DNA of 64,000 nt from Euprymna scolopes (taxonomy: Eukaryota): the NCBI GenBank assembly GCA_053919585.1, contig CM132819.1; one strand, 5' to 3'. Positions 23,538 through 37,158 of the stretch are shown here, one piece after another. Under the pieces are notes generated by a model. It searched no databases. It saw nothing but the letters and a program-made list of their open reading frames with translations, and had not been told where the DNA came from. How positions within the stretch are numbered: the stretch's first letter is position 1; each line of letters begins with the position of its first letter. A program made the position numbers and the translations under genes.

Positions 23538-24939
23538 TACTCCACGTAATGGTGTACTAACAATCTGCTGCAAGATGCTTTCCTAAACCTGCATATTAAG
23601 GAATGCCGATATCTAAAGTGTGTGCGATACAAAATTGCACCTCGTGGATTACCTAAAAAATACTGGGACTGGCTCAATCCGCATGAGCAAAATGTATAAT
23701 CGTATCCGATTTTTGCCAACGACGATATAGATGTGTATATGGGTGTGTATGTTGAAAGGGACATGTTATTATAGTTGATTTTGAATTTTTTTCTTCCATC
23801 GATGCATTAATAAGTAAAATAATCAGCATTGCTGTGAAAGCAAACCCAATCGTCCTTTGCAGCCTTACGCAACGAAACATTTTTAGGAATCTCCGAATCA
23901 TGTCTGTACAGAAATATATTCAAATTTTACAGGAATAAACAAAACTATTTAACAATCCATTGTTCTGCTGCTTTCGTAGTATAGACTCCTTTGTCTACAG
24001 AAGTCTTAACAAAATGGCACAGCGGTTACGCAATAAATAAAAACGAGAAAAAAATCTCTACAGAAATTCTATGACCTTTTAAAGTTATTAAAGAAGAACG
24101 AAAATAATCTAATTTGCTTCGAGTTTCACTTTCGAAGAATGAGAAAAGAACGTCGGTTTCAAAGGTGGTATTTCAAGATGTTTGGAGAATTGTTCACAGA
24201 CTGGAATTTGATATTAAAATTTGAGATAAATTTTTGTTTCATTTTTTTTAACCTTTTCGCAAAGAATCGAAAACTTACTTTTAATTTTGAATATTTGTTG
24301 TATTTGTAGTAGTAGTAATAGTAGTATGAAGTAAGGTCGAGGGAGAAATGCTGGAAAACAGTTTCGGTGGGAGTTCAGCAGTTCGCTTCGAAATTTTTCC
24401 TAAGAATTCAATCGCAGAAAGGGATTCATGACATTCCATTGATCGCGTGAAAGAGTTCACCGCGAACACTTCAACAAAAAATTCATGGCCACAATTTCGT
24501 TTTAAATATAAGTAAGAATTTTTGAAGGGGTCATAAAAAAATACTGTTTGAAAGGGGGATAATTTTTCTTAAGAAACAATTACAAAGTGACGTTTTTACA
24601 TACGAAATAAAGTGTTAACATTTATTTGCAGTATAAACGGAAACTAAAATAGGCTAATATTAACTTCAGGATATTGTTAAAACAACGTGTGTCGGCACTA
24701 TTTAGAACATGTTCTCGTCTGAAAGTATTATAAAATGTACGTTTAATGACAAAACTATCAACGCAGACGAGAGTTTATTCAATATGACTGTATTTCGCTT
24801 ACGTTTTTAACGCTTATTGATATTTTGTTCACAAAGAGGTCACTCCTTATCAATGCTCGAAGGCCATTCGAGGATAAGGGTTAACGTGTATACAGTAGTC
24901 ATTAGTAATCGTTATTTGTGGAAATTTGAACGTCCTCTT

Positions 24940-25540
24940 AAATAAGAACCTGTTTACATTAGACTTGAGAACGACAATATGGTAGTTAGCTGAAACGCAG
25001 ACCAGCAAAAAAGAGTTCCAGATGCGAGTAGTTCTAGGAAATAAGTTTTGTACACAGAATTTACATTTATGTTTAAGCGCCGATAGAGTGGAAGAAATTT
25101 TGGATATTAGTTTTGGTTAGACGAGTCTTTTTGAAAGATTGGCAAGAAGGGGCCACATATTGAAGCTCAGTCGAGCGCGTGTCATGAAAATAACGATAGA
25201 GCATGGCCAAATTCGCACCGTTTCTTCTGTACGAAAGATGTTGCAGCGACGAGACAAAGGTATCGCCCACTAGATTATGATGTTCGTTTTGAACAACTAC
25301 GGAAGGATACGGGATTCCGAACAGCTCCCGCTCAGCTGCCAGCAATATGCCATCCTAGGACGTACTTGACTCTTATACCGATATTCGCTTGCATCCCCAG
25401 TGAGATATCTACTGTAGCAGTGGAATGATCCAACCATTTTTATTGGCTACGGGTTTGATGTATGCGTTCTAATCCAGATCAGGAGTGAAGGTTAGACCAA
25501 GAAGCTTATCTATTCCTAAGGTGGCCATTTGTCACCGAGT
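24940..25540 (-). mobile_element. Non-LTR retrotransposon (Jockey/CR1-like) ORF2 3' fragment, pseudogenised
   Basis: Minus-strand peptides LLGLTFTPDL, YKSQVRPRMAYCW, LQHLSYRRNGANLAMLYRYFH, RIWNSF and LKSNVNRFL match the typical post-RT C-terminus of these LINEs. Frameshifts and stops are present. Confidence 0.85.
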
Positions 25541-28353
25541 GATGCATTATGATCACAAAAGAAGTCTTTCTTGAACAAATACGAAAGGAGACTGAATTAC
25601 GTGTGGGAATTTCTTGTATATATGATTTTACTAAACAGGACGAAAAGCGATATAACAGTAATATAAACAGAATATTGTCAATCCAAATGTCGCGGTTCAT
25701 CTTTACATCATTTTAGCAGAAGTTTGTTTTCAGATTAAAAAAAAAAAAATGATCAATGGTGTTTACCATATCTTTCTTTTGACATAATACTAGACGACCT
25801 TAGGTTTGTGAAAACAGAAGAAAAGTTTGAAACCTTTTTTTAAAAGGTCTCAAACTGATCATAATCAGTTTACTTCCGCTTTCTAAGGTTTCATGCGTTG
25901 GACGACTTTAAGAAATTAACTTCTAAACCAACCATTCTCTGAATATGTCTTATCGTCTTTCCTCTCAAATCTACACGTATTAGTCCCTTGCCCAGTTTTC
26001 TTTATCCTTCTTTCAACAGACTGCTATTTTACTTCTTTCACATATCATATGATAACGAACATTTAACAGCCATCGTATTATGCTCATATCGCTCTTCATG
26101 CAACGCATCTCCACAACTCTTACTTGCCAACTTCCAGTCCTATAATCCCACTTCACATGCATGCCGGATAGACTAGTTTCTTGATTGAGTGTGATAACAC
26201 TCTTCTGGTTAGTACTGTATAAGTTTACTGAACTTGCGACCCATCTAACTTTTGAGATTACACTAGTACTAGCCCCCTACTGTGCTCTGCTACTATTACC
26301 AATGTAACAAAATTCTTGAACAGCATTAATATAATTAGTCGTGTAAGCATAAATGCAAAATATCATTTGCAGACGTATCCATTTGCCTCTTAATAGACTT
26401 TATCCATTGCGCTTTAGTTCTAGAAACCATGTACAGCGTTATACGCGCAAGTTCAAAGGACGATTTTTTAAAGTTAAATCAATAATTTTGATTCCGGTCT
26501 AAGTTGAAACAGAATTAAACAAAAGCAAATAAAACAAGTCGGTATGTGAAATACGGTTTTAAAATTTCAATTTAATTATTTTTTTTAGTTTTATAAATAC
26601 TCGTATAATATGCATTTCATTTCTGAAATATCTTCTGTGGATTTCGCTCGAATGACGGAAAATAAAATAAATAAAAACAGATAAAAGCACTTCCAGCCCC
26701 TAACCAGAAAAAAAAAATCCATAAGAATGCACGAGAATTTCAAAATTGAAGTCATTGTTTGTTTTGATGTCAGTAACTGTATCTGCAAGCTGAAAAATAT
26801 TGAAGTTTCTTGAAAAATTCGGTGTTCATCCTTTCATTCTTTCCTTCACCCCCCCCCGTTTTTCCTAAGCCACACAAGAATCCTTTAACAGGGGCGGGGA
26901 ATCGGTCTGGCTCTCTTCGAGACCGTCTCGACGGAGGTATGTAGGCGACGGTGGCGGCGTTTGAGGAAAAGGGAGTTTGGGTTGGGGTTGCTTGCATACC
27001 AACCAAACCGTGGAATTGGTGTAGAACGTCTTTATCCGATTAAAAAGGCAACGTGACCCAAGAACTGGAAACGGCCGAGAAGAATTTTTCGTTTCTGCTT
27101 AGAAGGAAAACATTCTTTTAAAATTAAATAAACAAAAAACCAAAAAAGGTAAATACAAACGTGTGTAATAACAGGAAGTGTGAAAACGAAGCAAATTATT
27201 TTTGTTTTTAAGGAAGTGAACGGACATCACAATTAGTTAAGAATATTTGGTGTAGATGTGAGCGCGGGCTAGATACATTATAACCCGAAAGAGTAATAAC
27301 AAATCAATCACAGAGTTTCCGTCAGAAAATGACGTTCAAATCTGCAAAGATGATTGGAATCGAATTGCAGAGTTAACGAAAAAAAATCTATATTAATAAA
27401 ACGAGAATGTAACGTGCGTATGTCTCGCGGCAATGTAACACACACACATTTTTCACTATATATCCGTTACATTTCGACGTATAAGACGGCCCTGAAAGTT
27501 AAAAAAATAATCTTTGAAAAACATTTCATAAGGTACCGAGTGTTGCAATCTATAACCTAGTTTAAACAATCATGGTTTTGTGATTTAGCTGTCATTTTAT
27601 GCAACATATATGATAAATTTATAAAAACAATATGCTCCAATGTTGTACCTGGTCTTATCTGACGGACGCCTTATATGCCAAAAAAGGCAATAAAAATACA
27701 ATTTAAAAGAAGACCGAACAACGCTGGATATATAGTATATATATATACATCATATATTCTCATCGGTCGCTGATTTTTTCACTACTATATACAGGTTTTT
27801 ACCTTGCTAATGGACCTCTGAGTTTGAAAAGATAATCGTTGGAAGGATGGTTTCATGACAAAAAGAACATATACAATATACCATCCAAGAGTACTGCTCA
27901 AGAGGATGACCATAGATCACATCCTGCATCAGCGTACATGAATTCAGCAGTGAACGAGAGTACAATAGTAATTGTAATAATTTGTATTAACACAATTGCC
28001 ATACAACATGAACAAGTAACTTCTTGGAATCGGGAGAAAATCGAATCTAAGATCTTGCACACAAAAAGGATAAAAAAACTTTCCAATACATATTTATACG
28101 AATTATGAATAATTGAAAAGGGAACAATTTTAATTATTTGAAATGTAAAGATTAGCGCTTTTCGTTATTTATACATTATAAGATTGAACTGGCCTCTGTT
28201 CTGTCTCGAGGAACGATGGATAACTCCCGTAAAAGTGGCTGTGTGTGTAATTGTGAAGCAAGAGTTGCACAATCTCCAACCACATCTCTCCGGGGTCGGC
28301 ACTGCCCAATTTCATAATGGCTGGAAACAATGCCAAGATTAACAGCGAGGTCA

Positions 28354-28446
28354 TACAGCACCTGGTATTACAAAATAATCATCCATTTTATTATTGACAA
28401 GGTTTAACAATGCTTGCCTTCATTGATGTATTAGGAACCGTATGCC
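28354..28446 (-). mobile_element. 5S rRNA-derived SINE, copy B
   Basis: Plus strand TACAGCACCTGGTATT...CATCCA...TGCTTGCCTTCATTGAT...GAACCG is the reverse complement of a diverged 5S sequence. A possible tail extends toward 28170. Confidence 0.65.
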
Positions 28447-29240
28447 GTATATTTATGTTTTTCTCATCAATGTATATAAAATATACATTGGTGATATAAG
28501 CATTCTCAAGGCAAGTGAGCTATAAAAGAGTTATTTCTTTCCATACAAGGAAATCGTCAGATTACCTACAATAATATTCTAAATTCTAACATATCTTATA
28601 TAAACCAATTTTTTATCTATATATTATTCGTACTTAAATTTATTAGACGTTGTTTCCTCCCCATTACCCCTGTTTGCTCCAGGTACACAATTACATATAG
28701 GTATATGCAAGCATGTGTGCTTATGAAAAATAATCTGCGACTTTAATTCCGTCCCCAAAGTTTCTATGACGTCAGAAAACTAGAGAATATTTCTGAATAT
28801 TGGGTAATGGAAATTTTTTTTTATAAAATCTGAGAAAGGCTTTTAGAACTGATGGCGGTTGGGGTAGCGGAGTTCTTGAGATCAAACCTTTAGCCATTCA
28901 TCTTTGTGCTATGTCTAAAATTTACAATCTCTTACATTGAAAGGAAAATAATTGGCAAAACTGAAGGAATTCAAGATGCGACCTTTGTGAAGACGTTCCC
29001 ATCGCAGCTAAAAGAAAAAGAAAAACTCAAATATGTTGAAATAATGTGGACAGAAATGGATAATAAAGGCACATAATATTAATCATTACTATAATCACGA
29101 TTGGGAATGAAAATGAAGAAATAATGATAGAAAGGAATGGCAAACATGTCGATGCGTAAAAAAACATATGAAGAAATAAAAACATTAAAAAATGGTGACA
29201 GCAAAATTACCCGAAAAAATATTCATTAGCATAGACTTAT

Positions 29241-29353
29241 GTACGAGATAATCACATTAACAGATCGGTTCTCTTTAGATCACCGTAGTTAAACAACTTT
29301 TAGCCGAAGCAGTACAAAATGGTCGACTATTTGGTAATATCATGAACGATATG
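29241..29353 (+). mobile_element. 5S rRNA-derived SINE, copy C
   Basis: TACGAGATAATCACATTAACAGATCGGTTCTCTTTAGATCACCGTAGTTAAACAAC...AGTAC...ATGG is colinear with 5S. Confidence 0.7.
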
Positions 29354-29835
29354 TCATTTTATTACAGGGATATGCATGTGACTGAAACCCTTTATGAATT
29401 TGATATTTCCGAGGAAATTTCTCCTTTGGAAGATGCCTACTTAGCAAGAGCTAATACAGCACAAGGTATTATGGGTTTTCAATTTGATGCATATGAGAAA
29501 AAAGAAATCACTAATCTATGGACAAAATTAAAGCAAGAAAGCAGATTTCAAAAAAAAAGAAAAAAGCTCGACATGTCATTAGATAAGTTGCTTATATTTC
29601 ATTTAGCGATCGAGGTATTTCTCCTGCCATCTCTCGTTATATACTTAACATAAGCATACATGCAATATCTATAAAAAGTAAAGCTGTATTGTACGTAGGT
29701 TAATAAAAAAATTTAAATCTTTACATTAAAAGAAAAACAAACTTCAGCATGAATTTATTTTACATTAGATAATGCTAAATGTGATCTTTTCTACTGACAC
29801 ATGCTACAACTAAAAAAGGTATACATGGATTATCT

Positions 29836-29872
<37 letters not shown>

Positions 29873-30020
29873 GTTTGTATGTAAATACGATCTCTTTCTT
29901 TTGTATAGAGAAAAATGCTTAAAGTTGACTTGCTCGATGTAACTCCGAGACGGACAAAAACAAGCTATTGTGTATTAAGCATAAAAACACTGCCTTAGAA
30001 TTTTAAGTTTTAATGTGTGC

Positions 30021-30064
<44 letters not shown>

Positions 30065-30827
30065 CAAGGTTTATTGAGAGTGAAACTTTGTGATCCATGA
30101 TGTAATCTGAGCTAAAAATACTTAAAGAAAAATACTTATCTCCGATCTGCTTGGATTATAGAAAGATCCCTTTTCTGATATAAGCAGAAAAGCTTTTACA
30201 TTGTTGTCTTTTCCCCTTCTAATGCCAGGATTTGCCATTTTTTTTCTTTTCAAACGATTTACATTTTTTTGGCATCAGACAAACAGGATGAACAATCTCA
30301 GATTGGCCCATAAAAAAAAAACTTGTTCTATATTAAAAAATCCTAAAAATAAAGTAATGGGTCGTCTTTTATTAACTATATTCCTAAAGTGCAGATCCTA
30401 ACCCAAGAACATAATATCAGTCAGTACTGATAATCGAATAGTGCCTACTGGTCACAAAGGCTTACATTCAGGTTTTTTTATGTTAGCTATGTTGCACGTT
30501 TGATATCGAAATACTCTGCAATAATTCTACAAATAGAAATTCTAATCATTCAGGGTAGCGAAACCGTTACGTAACCAATATGTTTTTGCATCATTGGATC
30601 CATGCATTAATTTCTTTCCCAGCGACAACAAGGGGGAATGAATAAAATATTTATTATAACAACGGTAGGTTCTTTCATTTCAGAAATGAGTCACCACTTA
30701 TCAAGGCCCGGGAGCCTCTCGAGGATAATGGTTAATAATAAGTGTACAGTGGTCAAAAGAAACATATCGTAGTAATCATTAGTGAAACTTTAGTAAATTG
30801 CATTAATTAAGAGGATTTTTTGGATGC

Positions 30828-31585
30828 CTAATCAAGAGTTTGTTTACGTTGGACTTGAAGACAACCACTTTGTAGTCAGTTAGAAAGCAGGAAAACGGAA
30901 CAGTATTCCACAGGTGTGCAGTTCTAAGAATCTACGTTTAGGTTTAGGCACAGATAAAGATAAAATTATTGATAGTGTTTTTCGTGGATCTCAGAACAGG
31001 GGAGAGCATAGGTTGCCATGGAAATAAGAATAAAGCAGAGACAGGCTCGCAACGTCTCTTATGTGTGAAAGAGGTTGCAATGAGGTGAAAAGGGCATCCC
31101 CCACTAAGCTACGAAGTCTATTTTGAACTCAGTCGAGGCAGAATAAGCTGCTTATAGCCAGATATGGCAACTACTCCATCCTTGGATGAACTTGACTCTT
31201 ATACAGGCAGAAAATTTGCATCAGCAGTGAGATGTCTACTGGAGCGGTAGAACGATTCCATCATTTTTCCAGCAGCATTGACAACCAATTTGATGTACGT
31301 GATTCATTTCTTATCAGGAGTAACATGCAGATCTAGAAGCTTGTCAAAACATGGAGTCTCCCCGAGATGAGAGCCATTCTTTTCGATTGATGCCAAACGG
31401 GGATCAGAGCGTTGATAATGGAAAGATAAAAGCTTGGTTTTAGATGCATAAAAATTACCCAGCCACCTCTTTCCTCATTGAACCACGTGATCAAGATCAG
31501 GAGAGAGAATCAGAGAGAACTTGTTCGGTTACATCCTTTGAAGTGCTGCCATACATGGCAGTGTTGTCAGCATAAATGTCGACAA
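30828..31585 (-). mobile_element. Non-LTR retrotransposon (same family as 24940-25540), RT + C-terminal fragment
   Basis: Minus-strand peptides VDIYADNTAMY (YADD-type RT motif, 31574-31563), LYKSQVHPRME...CHIW and FKSNVNKLL. The nucleotides align with the 25-kb copy (e.g. CAGTGAGAT[A/G]TCTACTG, TTGACTCTTATAC). Confidence 0.88.
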
Positions 31586-33544
31586 ATGATTGGAATCGGA
31601 CGATGTAAATCTTGTATGTGTATCTTGTGTAGGTTCCGAGGCTTAGCGACTCGCACACCACATCATTTCATACAATAGTTCTAGTGAAATGTGTAAGCTG
31701 ATGACCTTAAAGGAATGAATATCACTGTATTTATTTTGTTAATATAACAAACTAGAGTTCACATTTGATGTAAGGTTTATAAATTATGTGGTTTCACAGA
31801 TTTAGCAGGATACGTATTCAAAATTGATTTTCTAGTATATAATAGTTAATCTATAGCAGTATCAAAGATAAGTAGCTAACGGGAAAAATAAACCTGGCAT
31901 AAAGGTGGATTTCTCCATCTTTGGGGTCACGGCCCTGTGTGTGTTTGGAGAAAGGGCAACACAAAATAAAAAATTTTCATAATATATCCGATCAGATACA
32001 AGTTAAAATAAATAGAAAAATATTTGTATATATTGACAGATAGGAAATCATTCTTTGATGAAGCAAAACTCATCCTTTGTTCCCAACATGAATTGCTTGA
32101 TCTTTTAGCCTTTACTGTTGACTTAATATATTTAGCTTTCAAAGAGAACTGTCACAAGAATAGAAGTTTGTTTTTATAAAGGGAAGGCGGCTTTAAACTA
32201 GGGTATAATTAACATTAATTAGCTGCTCTAGCGATTTAAGCGGAAATCCGCAAAAAAGCCAAGAATTCACATCCTTGAAAAGGAGACTACATAGAGATTA
32301 CTCTAGGCAGAACGTAACCGTCGGTGAAATGGTCCTCTGCCTATCAAGAATTTCCCAAACAGTAGTATGAGCAAACGATTCCAAATTACATACATGCATA
32401 ATCGTAACAGGTTGCAACTAAGACTGAAAAGACGAATTGTACATGCATAACATTTGATTGCGACAGAGAATGCATACAAAAAATGGCATATCATATACAA
32501 ACCAACAACTATGTCAAATGTAGATCTAATTTGTTTTATAGACGAAATGAAAACGATTTATTAATGCATTTATAAAATCAATGATATCGAATGAGGAAGA
32601 AAAAAGTGACATTAGAATCAATTTTAAAACCCATTAAGGAAAAACCAGTTTGTCATTAACATATTTAAGATTTTTTTTGAGAAAATAGAAAATATCGGAA
32701 AGACAATAAGAAAAAGAAAATAAAAGAGGATTCTTTCCAACCCCACCTCCCCTAAAAACGTTAGTATTGCTTAATGTTAGAATAGAAAAAAATGGCGGAG
32801 TCATCAGTACTAAAGAACAAAAGTCAACTTCCTATGACCATGAGAAACGAAAGAAGCGCAAAGATCTTTGGCCAAGTAAAGATTAAAGTATGTTTTAATA
32901 TGTATGTGAATGCGTATGCAATAGATTTGAAAGTCGTTTAGAAAGAAAAGGTAAGCGTAAAAAGTCGGCAATTAAACAAATACTGGTTGAACATTAAATG
33001 ACACAAATTGTGCAGAAATTTATTGTGTGGGTTTCTGCCAGTATTTTCTTTATTTTTCGTTGTTATAGTCATTATCGAGACTCCCCAAATGCCCGTATAA
33101 TATAAGCCATTGTATTGTTCCAATTAGAGATACACTACTATTTTCAAAGTAAAAAACACCTTAAAATAAGTTGAAATAACAATGTAGGTAGAACAGTAAC
33201 TTTTCCTGCTTTTGATGACATTTGTTTTATATTTGTTTATTTTTTATGGCCACTTTTTCATTTTGTCACTTTAAATGTAAAATACCCATTTAATCAGATC
33301 TAAAGTTGTTTTTAAGATACGCATTTTATTCTCACGTCATTTTTTCCGTGCAAGCATGTTTCCAACCCACACTAAGACCACACATTTCATTTAATCATTT
33401 TTTATGGAACGAGAATATTTTGTCTTTATACATGAATATACGGATAAGAATATTGCCATATTTCCAGTATCTTCCGAGAATTATCATGAGAAGAATGGTG
33501 GTGCTGGTGGCGGTGGTGGATAAGAGACAAGTTGAGTCTATCAG

Positions 33545-33690
33545 AGAAGAGAATCAGATGACCTAATGGTTACAGAGACTGGACTTAGTGACAGAAAAAG
33601 TTAACTTTGCTGACGTAACGAACAGGTCAAGAATCCAGATGGGAGTCAAATCATTACTTAGTTGAGTGGACAAATAGAAGACGGAAAAAG
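33545..33690 (-). mobile_element. LINE apurinic-endonuclease domain relic
   Basis: Minus strand ILDLFVTS...TFSVT is followed by CCATTAGGTCATCTGAT, which reads PLG-SSD with a 1-nt deletion. This matches the LDL...PLGxSDH end of APE domains. Confidence 0.5.
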
Positions 33691-35334
33691 AAGACTGGAG
33701 GGGGGCACTTTGGAATCTCATTGGAAAAAGAAATAAGATTGCTAACATGATGAATGATAGAAACAGAAAAAGAAAAGAGAAATCAGATTAGAGAGAAAAG
33801 ATGTTGGACTCTTATTCGAAGGACGGAATAAGATGGTTTACATAAGAAAAGAGAAAGACACAAAGAAATAGAAAGCGAAAAAAATAGACAAGCAAAGAGA
33901 AATAAGAAAGAGAAGGAATCTAGAAGAATGGTCTACAGAGACATGGGTGAGAACCATGTACAAAGCGAATCATATATTTACAGAGAGAAAAAGAGAAAGA
34001 GGGAGAAAGAGAAATAGAAAGAGGCCTGTCATAAGAAAGAGGGTAGTGGTCATCACCAGCACGTCATACTTGAACTGTCAGTGGCTGAGAGGATCAAGTA
34101 TTGAGTCATGCCCAGTGAAATCAATGGGTAGGATTTTCCAACTGTGTTGGGGAGGGGGAGGAAGTGTACTTGTTTCAATAACTTAGGAAACTAAACTCTG
34201 TAAAATCCTTTAAGTATGTGACCAAGGAATGAACACACAAGAGGAACCAGGCGACAGCTAAACTAGAGGGAGAAGAAAGAGCGACAAAGGAAAAGCGTGA
34301 GGGCGACGCCCCGTTTCGTCCTCCTTCCAACGCTATCCCTCTCATCCTTGGGTCTCGTTCAACCCAAAATCTTCACGACAAACAAAATCAGAGAAGCGTA
34401 TAGAACACGCACACAACAGAGGGTCACCACACCAAGACGTTTGTATGTGCGCGCGTGTGTGTGTATATATATACATACATACATACATACAAGAGAGCAA
34501 ACTGGTTTGTATTTCCTCACATAAGAGATCTTGATTTCGTACTCCATCCCAGCCCTACCTCGTTGTGACCTGCATCTACAGTTGCATCTATTAGTATCAT
34601 TGTGCTAACTAGAGCATGTCGTATGAAAGGAGGGAGGAGAATTTAAATTATTACACAGACTTTTCTTTAGCTAGCCAAGCAAACTTTTAAAGTAAACAAA
34701 CAATCCTTGATTCGACATTGGTTGCATTTCAGCGTTCATAAAAATAATTCATGCAAATATATAAAAATAGTTCGTTTAGAAGAAAACTACTTAAAATAGT
34801 AACCCAAAACAATTTCCTTACTAATGAAATTACAAATTTATAAGATTAGTTGTTAATACCGTGAAATACTAATAAAATACTAACATCTCTATCTTTCATT
34901 TTATTTCATTTTTGAATACCCGTTTATAAAGTTCAAGAACCATTCGAAGTTAAAGCGGCTGGAATGATTGTTAGTTGAAAGATCGGGAAAACTATGGAAG
35001 TACTAACATTGATCCATGATATTAAACCATTGAGTATGATGTGAATTTTAATAAGGATTTTTAAACGTTAAAATTAAAGATCACCAAGTCCTTGTCAGTA
35101 GAGCCCCGCAGCAATGTGTTCCATAAACAGTATGTTTTTGCAAAAAAGCTATCTCCACGAAAATCACCCCGGGCAATGAGCACAGGAAGCGAAGAAAAAG
35201 CAATATCTTTTTAAAAAAAAAAATAGAAAACGAGTTCTTACCGTAAATGTCTTACAAAAAGAGACCAAAAATTAAAGCTCAGTCAAACACATTCCATAAG
35301 GAAAGAGAGTCCACTGTAACTGAAGCACGTGTAA

Positions 35335-35366
<32 letters not shown>

Positions 35367-35644
35367 TGATCTTACCAGATTCTAGGACAGGAATTTATCC
35401 AGCCTGGTGGAGTATCCAGCTTCGTGCTATTACTTAAGGTAACATTATTTGGTGGAGGTGCACTATTCCTCATAAAAGCTAATGTGGGTCAGCCATAGTG
35501 AGGTCTTATTTGGGCTGCGAATACTTTGATTTTGAATATTTTGTCAGGGTTTACTTCTAGGGAAAGTATTCTCATGCCAGGTTATACTGACAAACCCCTG
35601 TACAGCGAGACCTTAGACACTCGAGAATAGTGTCTAGTGGGCAT

Positions 35645-35694
<50 letters not shown>

Positions 35695-35835
35695 TAGGGG
35701 CGTGGCTCAGATGCCTATGAATTAGGGTAGAGATTTCTGTTTTAGTTTCGATCTTAACTAATAACACCCAAGTTATATTTTAGTTTTGATCTTACTACTA
35801 TATACTGGTTCAATATAATAATCCATAGAGTAATA

Positions 35836-35925
35836 TCTCTATAATAATCAATGTGCAATCTACATTAATTAAATTATAATATTTAAACGTATATTACTAC
35901 CCGGCAACGCCGGGCAGCCTGCTAG
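35836..35925 (+). mobile_element. Helitron 3' terminus / candidate 90-bp mini-Helitron
   Basis: Perfect hairpin CCCGGC-AAC-GCCGGG (35900-35914) followed by CTAG|T (35922-35925). A candidate 5' end A|TCTCTATAATAATC lies at 35836. Confidence 0.7.
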
Positions 35926-36616
35926 TATAATGAATATATCTTAAATTAATGTAGTTGCAGATCATTCACTATTAAACCTTTCATAAAATACGACTGTGAA
36001 TAAGACAAGGTAACTATTTTTTTCTAAAAGGGATAACTTATTTATTAGTTCATCTTTAAGGGGCGGAAAGATACATTATTTCTCTGTATTTTTGAACTAT
36101 TAAGATCGAGTGTTTTTATAACAAAGTATTTAATATTTTAAAAGAGTGCTTGAAAAGTTCACAAGAAAATAAAAAGCGAAAGAAATTATTTCAGCAATAG
36201 AAACAAATAAACAACAAAGGTTGTAAAACAATTCCCGGTGCACTTTCTATTCGCCCCCGAGGATTTGCAAAACCGCTTTTCACGCGGTGTTTCCCAAAGC
36301 GCCGAACAGAGGTGCAACGGAACTGAAGCAAATACAAAATGTCTACCGAGGAACAAGCGGTTTAATTAAGATGGAAGACACAGCGATGCTTCATCCCTTG
36401 TCTATAATTCGGGAATGCAGGAAAGCTGGGACTGAAGCCACCTACTTGAGTGCGAAATCTCTGGACAGGAAAATAAGGTCCAGGAATATCTTTAACTGAT
36501 AAGTTAAATTAAAATTTGCTCTCGAATGATTTTTCAACGAGTAGTTTGTTATATCAAATAAGCAAACTTTCATAATACATCTGATTAAGAGAAACATACA
36601 CAGGCAGACAGACGGA

Positions 36617-37158
36617 GGGGCACAGGATACAGAACGAAAAATGGGGACACAGGATACAGAACGAAAAATGGGGACACAGGATACAGAACGAAAAATGGGG
36701 ACACAGGATACAGAACGAAAAATGGGGACACAGGATACAGAACGAAAAATGGGGACACAGGATACAGAACGAAAAATGGGGACACAGGATACAGAACGAA
36801 AAATGGGGACACAGGATACAGAACCAAGAATGGGGACACAGGATACAGAACCAAGAATGGGGACACAGGATACAGAACCAAGAATGGGGACACAGGATAC
36901 AGAACCAAGAATGGGGACACAGGATACAGAACGAAGAATGGGGACACAGGATACAGAACGAAGAATGGGGACACAGGATACAGAACGAAGAATGGGGACA
37001 CAGGATACAGAACGAAGAATGGGGACACAGGATACAGAACAAAGAATGGGGACACAGTATACAGAACGAAGAATGGGGACACAGTATACAGAACGAAGAA
37101 TGGGGACACAGGATACAGAACGAAGAATGGGGACACAGGATACAGAACGAAGAATGGG
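36617..37158. repeat. Minisatellite, 27-bp unit GGGGACACAGGATACAGAACGAA(G/A)AAT, ~20 copies
   Basis: Tandem array with blocks of variant units. Degenerate relatives continue to ~37290. Confidence 0.98.

Noticed and set aside
24281-24469. 62-aa minus-strand ORF as a terminal exon
   Set aside because: Weak acceptor, a Thr-run derived from a (TAG)n microsatellite, and no recognisable homology.
28511-28570. Minus-strand CTGACGA...GAAA hammerhead-like match
   Set aside because: Stem II closes with U-A and stem I is not paired next to the core; likely chance.
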